Below, piece after piece: positions 1 through 11,900 of a stretch of 64,000 nucleotides of DNA (position 1 is the first letter of the stretch; each line of letters opens with the position of its first letter). The notes beneath the pieces were generated by a model. It did no database searches. It had not been told where the DNA came from and saw nothing but the letters and a program-made list of their open reading frames with translations. The position numbers and the translations under genes were made by a program. The DNA comes from Sphaeroforma arctica JP610 (lineage: Eukaryota). Location: NCBI RefSeq assembly GCF_001186125.1, contig NW_014040224.1:1-64000 (forward strand), in the 5' to 3' direction.

Positions 1-3000
1 AGCGGGGTCGCCAGTCGGCCCCACGGATCCCTCACATGACAAGGACCATGAGGAGAGTGATGATACACCTCAGTCACCAACAGCACCATCAGAGGAGGGT
101 GAGCGTTTGGAGTTTATGATTACAGATAGTGCGGATCGGCACGGAGTGGGGTACCATTCAACACCACCAAGAGTAGGACCAAGGGATACAGTTCCCTCTA
201 GATCGTCTATTTCGCTGCAAGATTTTGTTCACGTACAACAACGAGCGTCGTAGGATCCTCATGGTCCTGAGGCACTAGATAACTGATGTGCGAGATTGTC
301 CGGGGCTGTCTAATCGCAGCAGCAGAATCAACGATTCGAGGCGGACGCATTGCGAGAATCGTTGCCGCTTCGAGCATCGTTAACAACTCCAACGACACTG
401 GTGAACCCAACGCCGGTCAGTGACAAGGAGTCTCTTCCAACACCGGAAAGTATTGCGGCGGACCGCCAAGTGCTTCATGCGCAAATGCTTAGACTGTCCG
501 AGGAGCTGTGTAGAGCAGTCGGGTCAGATGCTTTACTACAGGTCGAAGCCCTATGGGGAGTATTAGAAACTTTACGAGCTACATATGAATCTCGCCCGGT
601 AACCAAGTGTGAGCCTCGGGAACCGAGAAATTGTCCAGAATGACCGTCGAATAGATACAACTACATAACCTTCTTGGAGAGAGACACTGAAGGAGCCCTT
701 TTGGAGGCATTGAATTATGCACAGATCTTGGGTCTGGATGCGGCGTGGATTTTACGGTGGCTATTTAAGGTCCTCAGCCATTTTAAGGCTGAGCAGTCTA
801 CCTTGGATTACATTAAGTCCAACCACCAGCGGTTAGTAAATTGGACACCAGAGTTACAAATAACACAGATTTGCTCTCATGAAACTCAAGCCACAGTGGA
901 TCATACGTTTCGTTAATTTGGCGAAAGGACACTTTCGGGTTTGCAACATACCAATTATGAAACAGATGACACAGCTCATGGAGAACCATAAGCGTGCCCT
1001 TGAACGCAGCCCGACAGATGCAGAGTTCAAGCAGAGTCTTTTGAATCACTGCGCCGTGCAGTTATTGGAAGATTCTCTTGGCTCCCGAACCTATGAACGG
1101 ACACTACAATTACATACCAACTAGCACTTGATGGAGTTGCAGCGTCCGATTTTAGCATAACCATGGCAACAACGTACACCAACGTCAAGCACAACTACCA
1201 TATGTGGCGGGTGCCAAGCACAGGCGCCACCAGGATTACGTCATATCCCTCGTTGTCATAATTACAGGGCAGCGACGAAGGACGACCGTGGCCGCACGAC
1301 AGAGGTACGCCCACGAGCCCTGATACCACAGAGTTCAGTACCACTCTCAGCGACGGCAACACCATCAGCACCACCGCAACGGAGTGCGGGGGGAAGACAG
1401 CAACACGCAACGTCATATTAGTAGCCTTACTGATACGTTGGTGAGGGATACCCCACCTACCGATACGGATCTACATATTGAAGCAGTCCTTTCTGGTGAT
1501 ATGGGGGAGAGTGTACCGGCTGCGGAAATGGAAGCGGATAAGATAGCCCCAGAGTGATCACCAATATCAGATCAGCCATAAGATATCAGGGTGTCTGACG
1601 ACGATACATCATTGACGTTTGCGTATGCAGGATGCTCAATACAAGCGTTTGAAGACCCATTGTTGACAGCAGATCAACGGGTGTACGTCCAAATTTAGTT
1701 GAACGGTAGCATGTTCCGAGCCGTAGTAGATTCGAGCGCAAACCGAAGCTGTATATTGCAGGTATCCGCAGAGGCACTAGGCCTACCAATCTCTCCGGCT
1801 CCTCCCGATTCGTATATATATATGGCGGATCAGGCGGCGCGCACTCGGCGACTGGGAACGACGGATATTATCACAATTCGATATGGAATGTCCATAACGA
1901 AGGGTTTATTAGAACTGACCGATCTACCAGTAGGAATCGATGCGACCATAAGAGTGGATATCATGCCTGGATTGGGCATATACTTAGGTGGCTTACAACC
2001 ACCACTGGCACCTGTAGATCCGACAGAAGTAGATAATTTACTGACGCCGATTCCTCAGCAACAAGCTGCGGATTTAACCGAGCCTGAAAGCTTACGTACG
2101 GAACTGAAATCAGTCCTGGAGGCGAACGCGGCGATTACTGATAGTGTCGCTGCCGGTTGGAAGGGAGGGAGGTAGCCATACCGGTTACTCGAGAATAGGC
2201 GATGAATATGCGGCGATCAACGAGGAGCTTTGTGTCAGACCGGTGGATACCATATGTAGAAGAACAGGTACAGAAGTGGCTACGAGACTTAGTAGTCGTC
2301 AAGCGTACTACTCCAACCAAGGTGAACCTGCCACTACTAGCGGTTCCGACTTTTAACAGCGAGGGAAATGTGAAGAAGGTACGAGTGTGCCTCGATATGC
2401 GGGCAGTCAATGCTTTGATTCCAGGCGACCAATTCCTGATTCCCAAAGTGAACGAGATTATATTGCGTTCACAGAGCAAGAGATATTATACGACACTAGT
2501 CATTTCGGCGGCATATCATCGTCTATAGATTCACTCAGATTCGCAATAACTGTTCAGTTTCACGCATGGGCGCCACCTGTATTCACTTATGTCGGCGCCA
2601 TTTGGTCTACATGTGCTCACCCAGCAGTTCAAACAAACCTTGAGTACAATCTTGGACGGTCTTCCCGTGCAGTATTTTATCGACGATATAGTGATAGCAG
2701 GAGATGGCTATGAAGAACATATAGCGACGGTTAAGAAGGAAACACGCCGACGCACAGCTGAATCCGGATAAGTGCCACTTTGCAATTGGGGAAGTTATGA
2801 TCCTATGAAAGAAGATATCGGAAGCGGGTATTGATATCGATTGTGAGAAACAGGCGAAGCTGTTGTATTGGCCGACACCGCAGCGATACAAAGATATAGT
2901 ATCGGCGTTAGGGCTGGCGAACTTTCTACACGAACATCTTCCCAATTTTGCGCACATAGTGGCGCCACCCCAAGAGTTCTGCAAGTTGAAACCAACCAAG

Positions 3001-3498
3001 TTGATTGGATCATGTTGGGAATCCCGCCACGCGGAGGCTTGGACGGCTATGAAGACGGCGATTGTCAACGCGGTAGCCCTACACTTTCCGGTGGAGGATG
3101 TACCTCTTAGTTTGGAGACGGATGCTAGTGACTACGACATTGTTCCAGTGGGTCGACGAGAAGAAACACTATCTCATATTTTCAGCAAAACGCTAAACCA
3201 GGTACGACAGAAGTATGCGACGACAATGAAGGAACTCTTGACGCTGGTCTATGGGCTCACCCACTTTCGGGAATTCCTCGACGGACAACGTTTTGCGGCC
3301 TTCACATATCATAAAGCATTAGTATATATGAACACGCAATTGAAATTGAACCTGATGCTCTAGCGGTGGAACCACATAATAGCCCCGTTTAATTTTACGA
3401 TCCCACATATACCGGGGGAAAAGAATATACTCCCTGACATGCCGAGTAGAGTCCACGAAGGGACAGCGGAAGGTGACGCACCTGAAGTATTCTATGTC

Positions 3499-3896
3499 GA
3501 TTGCTGGCAGATGTTTCCAAATTTATACAAGCACAGAAGATATTCGGCCCGAATGATGTGGATGTATTTCGCAACACCAGGAGATGTGCAACTGCCTCGA
3601 TTCTGGACATATAACGAGCACGGAGGTGCCTTTCGGCATAATTGAGCGTTCAATAACGGGTGGATGAACCCGCCCTGGTAACTTGTACATAAGATGTTCG
3701 TAAAATCAAGTCCGATGGCGCGTCGGCAACAGTACGCGTATCGTGGGCCCCTCGAGCCCCGTGGTTTACCTTGTTCAAGTCTTTACTGCAGACAGAACCA
3801 GTACTATTCCCCAGAACATCACACACGTTCTTGAAACATGCTAAGCACGCTTGCGGTAAGAACCCGTGGGGGCATACGCTAACTGCTCGGGTGGGA
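3499..3896 (+). pseudogene. DIRS/Dam-like amino-DNA methyltransferase domain in element A pol
   Basis: Reconstructed across frameshifts: DCWQMFPNLYK..FGPNDVDVF/ATPGDVQLPRFWT..GAFRHN*AFNNGWMNPPW*LVHKM/KIKSDGASAT..PWF..TFLKHAKHACGKNPWGHTLTARVG. NPPW at 3667-3678. Confidence 0.8.
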
Positions 3897-5034
3897 CCCC
3901 CGAATGATTTTCAGCAGCACGAATCTTTTCTGGGCTTTGCCGAGCCCCGGTATTCACCACAACCTCGTTGTCTGGACACGGTACGGGATATCTCAATAGA
4001 TGTAACCAGTGTGGAGGCTCGACCGGCGGTTGTTAATGCGTCACCGGAAGGACAACGACGACGCATACAGCCTACCCAAGCTCAACACGAGCAAGGACAC
4101 CATAGCGCGGTGGACACGGTGACACAACTCCAACAGAATGGCCATATATCGACGGAGGTACTGGAAATAGCTACCGAAGTTAAACGACAGTGCAGTGCGT
4201 GCTTGGGTCAGGACACACTGAAGAAGGGGGTTCATCTGTTGGTCAGTACATACACTAGATATCCGTGGGACCACATTCAAATAGATTACATCCCTATGCA
4301 TATTGCCTCCAGTCGGAAGAACAAGTATGTTCTCCATGTTTTCGACATCGCATCCGAGTATTCGATCCTACGAGCCACACCTTACAAATCAAAGGAAACA
4401 ACAGCGCGAACGTTGGAGAACACGGGTTCCCCCGGAAGATACAGTCCGATATGCGTACTGAATTTGTTAATAGTGTAGTGGCACTCATTGTTCGGGCGGT
4501 TGGGATGATGCATAAAATCTCACCACCATACCGACCCCAAGTACCAGGGGCCACGAAACGCCGGCACAAGAAAATTGTTCGATCAATTCGGATCTGCTGT
4601 GAGGCTACGCCCTAAGCTTGGGCTGAGAGACTGCTATTTACTATGCTTTATCAACCCCTTCGAGTGTCTCGCCGACACAGAAGTGCTCCTTCTAGTGTAT
4701 ATTTTGGACGCCGCCATGCCCCCTTCGCTAATTTCACCAACGATCCCCCAGAGAATCAGCCGACTGCGAATGAGACGTGGGCTCAGCGACTCGACCGCCT
4801 CCAGGATACTATATTACCACCCCTACATAGGCTGACGATGCGTTGCACCGATACTTTGACGAAGAGTTTTGACCGCCTCCATGCGGATGATTTAATGCAC
4901 TTCGAGGAGGGCGACGTGGTGATGGTCAAATCGGAAGGCCGCACATCCGAGGCGATGCGCCCTTTATTCGGTCCTTATGTCGTGAATGGCCGGAATGGAC
5001 AGGGGTACGATCTGTCTCATAGAGATGGTTCGAC

Positions 5035-5674
5035 TAATAGACTACAGGTTTCAGACCAGATTTTGCAGCAAGAAAGCCTATTTGATTTATGGAAGTCATC
5101 AGAGTTAGCTCACTCCCGAGAGCTAAATCGTCAGAGATAGCTCATTCCCAAGTCCCCGAGAGCTAATCAAGTTGCTGAGAGACTACATGTCCCAGGCCAG
5201 ATTTTACAGCAAGAAACCCTCTTTATTTTATGGAAGTCCGCAGAGTTAGCTCACTCCCGAGAGCTAAGTCATCAGGGTAAGCTCACTCCCGAAAGCTAAT
5301 CAAGTTGCTTAAATTACTCTCAAGAGTTGAGTTAATATTCAACCGACTTCCGAGAGCAGATTAAGTTTCTCAACCGATTCCCGAGAGTGGATTAAGTCTG
5401 TCAACCGCAACATTCTAAAGATAGCTGCGGTTCTATGTGAGTCACAGCCTATGCGGAAAGGCATCATGTGATCAGCTTGAAATTCAGTTGCAGAGGAGTT
5501 GAAATAGAATAGCATCGAAGTGTTAAAGTGTTCTGCATAAGGTTTCTCATACTGACCATAGCCCAAGCGGCTGAACACTAGCACAAACACCTCAGGTATA
5601 AAACCAAAGATGAGGTCAGAAATAAATTTATACATTTGCACTTTATTTAAAGTCTACCTCATTGCACTCTAACA
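5035..5674. mobile_element. Solo LTR-like insertion (640 bp) in element A integrase
   Basis: Flanked by a 5-bp TCGAC duplication (5030-5034 and 5675-5679). Ends CTCTAACA and starts TAATAGAC (a degenerate inverse). Contains an internal ~140-bp duplication and AATAAA near the end. Removing it restores the integrase frame. Confidence 0.85.
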
Positions 5675-5779
5675 TCGACCCCATCGGATTTCAAAGATCG
5701 TCCGGTTAGGGTTGAACTGATCCGTTTAGTACACCGTAGTACCGATCTCCCGCTTGACGAGAGTCTGTGGCGCGATGAC

Positions 5780-5930
5780 GGTTCAGCGTTCCGACACATC
5801 ATTATACATCGAGTTAAGGATGTCACGGGCAAGACGGAGTATCTCGTACGATGGCGCGAAGGGGGTCCCATCTGGGAAACGGCAGAGGCGTTTGACGATG
5901 CTAATGATATCGTGGCATACCATAAGAATA
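5780..5930 (+). pseudogene. Chromodomain at C-terminus of element A integrase
   Basis: SAFRHIIIHRVKDVTGKTEYLVRWREGGPIWETAEAFDDANDIVAYHK matches the chromodomain EYLVxW...WE pattern. Confidence 0.85.
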
Positions 5931-5984
5931 CACAAACACGCTCTCGCAAGCGCCGACGATGGCACGTGACCCGTGCTTCAGCTT

Positions 5985-6140
5985 GAAGGGGTTGTGGTCA
6001 AATGTACTAAATAAGGGCTATTTGAGTAATTTGAGGTTTATTGTGAGAAATGACCTAAACCCAGTTCAAGGTTTATGATCAAATTTATACACATGTCAGA
6101 TAATACAAACAATGGTTCATTTATTATTCAATAAAGGTAC
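5985..6140 (+). repeat. Polypurine tract and start of 3' LTR of element A
   Basis: GAAGGGG overlaps the pol stop, followed by TGTGGTCA at 5993 and AATAAA near 6130. The LTR end is not identifiable. Confidence 0.55.
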
Positions 6141-6811
6141 AACGCATCACCTTGTAGGAGGGGAGTACGTTGAGATATTGATATCTTTGCGTATTTGACT
6201 ACATCCTGAAAGGAAAAATGAAACGGAATCTAGCAAATCCTTGGACATCATAGCTCAATAAGAAATGTGTAGATTTCAAAGATGCTTTTACATGCTCAGC
6301 AAATTTGGCGTATCCAGTAGTCTGAGTACCGTTCCAAACCATGAACGACGCAGGTGGTTATGACATGAGAGGCTGCCTGTTTCAAATTATAGACTGAGTC
6401 AGGCAAGATATACTCTATTATTCAAAGGGCTTAAATTCCGCACAATAGAGATATGGAACAATTACGAAAGAATCACTAGCGCTGGTATACAGTCTAGAAC
6501 ACTTTTTGGAATACGTCAAAGGAGGCGATATAACATTGTGGACAGATCACAAAGCGTTGTGACAGATGAACAAGCAGCAAACGCTGCATCCCATGCTAGC
6601 AAAGTTGATAGCGAAAACATTCCATCAACACTTCACAATCATACACGTGCCAGGCAAAGAAAATGAAGTTGCCTATATGCTATCACGATTGCACGAAGCT
6701 ACTTTCAACATCAAGACATCAAATGTGTTGAAGAACGCCAACGAGCATACACACAATGGTCAAGAGTACACTGAACTGAAAACAAACATGCTCATACTGG
6801 TATCTGGCATA

Positions 6812-7174
6812 GACTGGAAACTACATCCACGGATCTACAAATATGCAGAGCGCATGTTCGTGAAATTAACCATTGATTTGTTTGCAACAGCACACAATGC
6901 ACATACATCAAAGTTATACACCAAATAACAGAATGCATTACTTCAGAAATGAGCAGATGAAATTAATGCATGGGCGAATCCTCCCTGGGAGCTAATCCCA
7001 GACGTTTTGGAAAAAGTCATAGAGGAAGCCAATGCGACGTGGTTCCTCATATTCTTATCACTACTTGAGCGAGACTCGATGGTAGTCGAAAACACGAACA
7101 ACACGTTCCTAAAGAACGACACAATAGCTTGCGGCAAAACACCATGGGGGGTCACACTAGTAGCCAAGATAGGC
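6812..7174 (+). pseudogene. DIRS/Dam-like amino-DNA methyltransferase domain in element B pol
   Basis: One frame with two stops: DWKLHPRIYKYAERMFVKLTIDLFATAHNAHTSKLYTK*QNALLQK*ADEINAWANPPWELIPDVLEKVIEE..TFLKNDTIACGKTPWGVTLVAKIG. DLFA at 6875-6886, NPPW at 6977-6988. Confidence 0.88.
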
Positions 7175-8533
7175 ACAAAGTGATCCATACTTTGATCAAA
7201 AATAGCACACTCAGCCGTATGCATCCATACAAACTACGGACGATTCATCAGATCTAGACACAGTCACAAATGATGACAGAGCTACCTTGATAGCTCAATA
7301 CTACACCGTGGGCCACTACACCGCTTAAATTAGATGGCCACACATTGTCACGCCAGAAAAAAAAATCAAGACGGGATTCCACCCTCTACAATCAATAACG
7401 GCCGCATTTCCGTCCCTTGATAAACTCAAATACAGCCAACACATACGTGCTAGTATGACTCGATGTACACTCATCATACGCTATACTTAGACCAATGATG
7501 GACAAGTCAGCGGCAACTGTCGCACAAACACGAGTTCCAATCTTGTGTAAGCATGGCTTTCCTCAGGTCATACACACGGATTAAGGTACATAATACATGA
7601 TTGACACCCTATCGAAAACCAACATCACATAGTGTCCAGACCAACCCAACCCAATGTAATGGTAGCAAATGAGCCTTTACATAGAAACCTCATACCTTTA
7701 CTGCGCAAATCCGTTGAACAAAATCCAGGCAACTGGTGTTCACGCCTTCCATCTGTTGAAATGGGCCACAATCCACGTTCATCACGCAGACACAAACCAC
7801 CACGTTTCGATGTGTACTATGAACGACGACAAAGCCAACTGACCGATTATGATATACCAGCCAATGCACCCGGTACAACAGTGCCATGGGAAACACGACT
7901 GGACAATATAGAAGAATCCATACGACCACAACTAGACGCCAATGTGGCACAATATCAAGAAAAAAAATGCGCGCAGCATTTGATCGAAAATACCAAGAGA
8001 AGTATGTACACTTCCAGGAAGGGGAGTTACCAAGGTGAAGTGAACAAAATTTCAGATAGTATAAAATGAGGACAACAGGTATGTTATCTGTAACCTTGAT
8101 GAGACTAAACCCCCGAATATCCTAACTCGATCAGTGATGTACCAATTGGACTAGTCAAGAAGGCTAATGCTCTGGTAGAATTCACCACCACTAGTCAAGG
8201 ACAACCATCGTAAGAAACTCAATTCTCCTCGATACTCGACCACAGACCAATCAGAAAGGGTAATGGATTGCGGGAATACCTATTGTCATGGACATATGAG
8301 GAGCGTACCTGAACGCGTGAGTCAGATATCGCATATGCTGATATTCTTACACTATACCGACAACGTACCAGACGCAAGCGAGGGCAATCCAGGCCCATAA
8401 AGTCAACGGCAACGAGCACTAATGAACGAACAGCGGGCAACAGAAAGCGCATAAGGCGTAGACCTTAACCGAGTTTCACTGACACCGAAGGACACTCTCA
8501 CTTTACTCACCTTGAAGCATGCTCCGCCCACAA

Positions 8534-8779
8534 TATGTAAAAACGGACAATGGTAGCAGGTTTTTATTCTTATACGCCCCAAGGGACAATTTTTTTCCTG
8601 TACAAAAACACCAACCTCTAGATAATCTAGTACTGTAAGATGTCACTTTCCACCCCTTCGCTATGTAAGAATAGACAATGGTAGCAGGTTTTTCATCTTA
8701 TGCCCCCCAAGGGACAATTTTTCCCTGTGCAAAAACACCACCTCTAGATAATCTAGTACTGTAAGATGTCACTTTCCAC
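8534..8779 (+). repeat. Two ~128-bp tandem copies in the 3' UTR of element B
   Basis: GACAATGGTAGCAGGTTTTT...TACTGTAAGATGTCACTTTCCAC begins at both 8546 and 8674. Confidence 0.9.
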
Positions 8780-8959
8780 TCCTTTGCATGCTCTGAAGCA
8801 AAAGGTTAAGGGGCTGTAGCATCTAGAGACCAGATTATCAGAAAAGCCAATCCAAAACCCCAAACCCAGGATTATCAAATACTGAGTTTTGGATTCAGGA
8901 TCCGATATTTTTTATACTAGAGTGATCAGAATATGGTGGGATTACCGGTAGATGATACC

Positions 8960-11900
8960 GGGACCCCCTCGTGCGAGAGAAACACTCAAGTCAGAACTGA
9001 GTCTAGTGTAGAAAGCACCAAACACAAATGAAGACTCAATGCGGATCCTTCAGCCTAGGACTTTCACCTAGTTGAGAGATTCGCACTTGAGACGAAGTTT
9101 ATTGTTTTCTTTGGTCGTATCTTAATCAGCTACTCTCTAACTATACACGTAAGTGGGTGTGACCTTGGAATCCTTCTGAACGATACGAACGGAGCTGACC
9201 CATTGGCTATATTTGTCTCCATCTTTAGCCTTCCCATCCCTGTATTTCTGCTCCATCTCGCAGTTTCTACTGCCTGGAGAACAGAGTCTTGGGTACGATA
9301 GATCTGTCTGAACCGGCTGGGCTCCGTCCTTGAGACGAAGCTGGACTAGGACGCCGTTGATATAACGTGGTCGACGAGGATCGTATCGTATCTCATTCAA
9401 GAGGTCCTTAAACGTCTGTAACTCTCTAGGACTTTTATTAAGAATATTCGCTAACGGGTCGAGGTGTCGAAAGTCATACTCACTCGGTGGCTTCTTCTCT
9501 TGTGGTCCGTAGGCTGGTAGCAGGTCGATACTCGCCAGTTGTTCCGGGGTAAGGAACTAAGGCGGGGAAGTCGATTGGTCCCAGGAGATACCAATGAGGT
9601 TCTCCTGGAGGTGATCACGAGGAAGCCAGTCAGAGACAACGAAGTCAACTTGCTTGGTCTCCTTGAGGTTATTGGTGCAGTTAGGGGCGAGTACTCTAAG
9701 TAGAAGTGTGGCAGTAACTTGGTGGTTCAAGGTAGCTTGGCCATCGCCCTCAAACCCCTGTTAAAAAGTCGTGCCTTACAGTTTAGTCATTCCACAAAAG
9801 TCTCGAGTAGCATAGCGGGCTTGGAACCTGTGTCCACGTAGACCATGATATTATCCTGTCCACACGGCTTGCACTACCGGCCCTGTCTATTCATCTATAC
9901 ATAACTGATATATGTGCGTGTTGTCATCCCATGTGTCCGTATGTATACTATCATTGACTTGAATTTCGTTGTCATGCGTGGGAGCAGTGTCCACCGATAC
10001 GTTAGTGTCAACTATGGACACCTGGAGGGACTCAGTATATGTGATATTACTCTCGTGGGATGTCGACCCCAGTGACAAGTGGGGTAGGATTCTCAGTGGT
10101 GTCTACTGCTGGTGATACTGAGGCCGATGTAATAGTGTTAGGGCACCTTCGTGAGTAATGCCCAGTCTGTTTACATGTGTGGCAGCGTATGCTAGAGCTT
10201 GGCTAGCCCCGTATCGGTGATCGTGTCCATGTGGATGTGTGTCCCTACCCGCAGATTGAGGCCGTGAGTGTCAGCCCGAGTGGTACTGGCTATCACGACT
10301 ATACGACGGGGATCGGTGACAGTGGAAGGAGCGTTCCCTGAGAGTGTTAGAGTCGCGGTGCAGTTACGGGGCTCTAATGTAGCCGGCCTCACTCCGATAC
10401 TCGGATTCTTTGAGAGGACCCACTGAGGACTCGCGTAGGCGTCCACGGGCTGTGATGTACATGTCAAGTGCCTGAAGAACACCTTCCTTTGATTCTTCTG
10501 ATTATGCGGTCGTAATAAATACACAGAGTGCGGCGCGAAGCTCCTTCAGGAAAATATGAAGCTCTGATAAGATCTTGTGCCGAACCAGGATTGGTGCTTC
10601 ACGGGCGTCGATTGAGGTGGAAGTCAACAACACGAGAGCTTGGTTATGGAAAATGCCCTGCCCATGGGCATCTTTCTGAATGTACCGAACATTATACTCT
10701 CGAGTAGGCAAGGCCTTGATGGGTAGGCCTGGAGGCGGTATAGTAGGATGGGTTGGAGGGGTATGGTCGAGGCGCGTTTGCCCGACATGCATCCCAAAGA
10801 TAAGGAGGCTGTGACCGTTGAAGACTAGCAGACACGAGCGTGGAAACCAGCAATTGCGCTGGTGCAAATATATATACTCGTGGAGAGCACCCAGCTTTGG
10901 TCGTCATCGTCCGAGGGCCGAGAAGAGGAATCCATCGTTATGTTGAAGAAGAGAACAGTCGAGGTGGACTACAACCCTAGCCGTACGCAGTTGCCAGCCT
11001 AAGAGTGGTACAAAGGTAAATGGTCCACCCGTTGGTGGAGACGCTTGCGACTGGGAATGTATCTCTCAGGGCCAGGTCTCGACAAGGGCGAGGTCCAGGT
11101 ATGGGTCCTCATGTGAGGGCGGGGGTTCATGGATTGCCTTCTGCTTGAGCTCCGTATCGTACTCAAGCCAGAAGGACTGTACACGTTGGGAATCCTGGAA
11201 AGAATGGAGCGGTTTCAACGTCGTGGCATCGAAGGTAGATGGTGTTGCCCGTGCCGAACTAAGTCCGCGAGTGCGGTTGCGTAAAGTACGTCGGTGGCGT
11301 GTCCTTCTAGCGGGGGAGTGACGACTGGGTGTTGTATGGGCAGGGCGGTGATCACGACTTCGTCGTTCGGCAGGTAGATTCCCGCGACGCGACGGGTGGA
11401 TGGATTGCATCATTGCTGTCGCCGTAGATGGAGCTCCCGGCAAGGTCTCAAGACGTCGATGACGAGAGATATCCGAGGCTACCATAGGAGTATCCTGTTG
11501 GACACTGAAACGGTCGCAAGACGTTGTTGCGTTGGTCGAATGTGCACGCATATGTCTGCGTGGTGAGCGCACACGTCGTTCGGTCGTATGCGATCGGTGA
11601 CGGACGGACTGGTGCCTAGGCTGTTCAGGGGAATGGTCTGAGCGCGAACTCTTGTGAATACCAGTGCCTGAGGTACTAGAGCTGTAGCGTGAGCGATCGT
11701 CAGGTGTGATATCCCGAGACATGAAGAAGTGGTTCAGGTCTGCGTCAGAAGCCAAAAGTTGGAGGGCACTGATCGCTAGAGGCCGAGTAGGCATATATGA
11801 GCTGTCAATTCCGATTCCGGACTCCGTAGACTTGAGCAAACCAATGCATGTGTCCACAGGTGGGATGGTATCTCGTACCACAGAGCTAACTTTTGCTGCT

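Larger units (their letters stand above)
1..6140 (+). mobile_element. Decayed Ty3/Gypsy chromovirus-like LTR retrotransposon A (GAG-PR-RT-RH-MT-INT-CHD); 5' end outside window
   Basis: Domains in order: gag-like broken ORFs (~1-1550); aspartic protease VVDSSA (1729-1740); RT RVCLDMRAVN and YFIDDIVI (2673-2696); RNase H LETDASDY and KELLTLVYGLTHFREFL; integrase HHCC (HEQGH...CSAC), PWDHIQID, GFPRKIQSD and GPY; chromodomain; stop at 5984-5986; purine tract, then TG at 5993. Many stops and frameshifts. Confidence 0.93.
6150..8960 (+). mobile_element. Decayed, 5'-truncated Ty3/Gypsy element B (RH-MT-INT-CHD-PPT-LTR)
   Basis: RNase H NDAGGY..KESLALVYSLEHFLEYVKG..WTDHKAL..HVPGKENEVAYMLSR; MT domain; integrase DVHSSYAILRPMMDKSAATVA..HGFPQVIHTD; chromodomain SILDHRPIRKGNGLREYLLSW (8223-8366); purine-rich AAAAGGTTAAGGGGC, then TGTAGC at 8815. 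Confidence 0.9.

Noticed and set aside
1204..1260. Zinc knuckle in element A gag (CGGC..H...C)
   Set aside because: Spacing is non-canonical and the region is decayed, so it is not supportable as a feature.
3499..7174. Elements A and B as DIRS retrotransposons
   Set aside because: No tyrosine recombinase was seen. They have a DDE integrase with GPY or core motifs, a chromodomain and PPT/LTR starts, and A has an aspartic protease.
3643..8312. TGA at expected Trp positions (3643, 6950, ~8310) suggesting UGA=Trp recoding
   Set aside because: Host genes TAM41 and APE1 end in TGA, TGG is used in NPPW, and the elements contain other stops and frameshifts. This is ordinary mutational decay.
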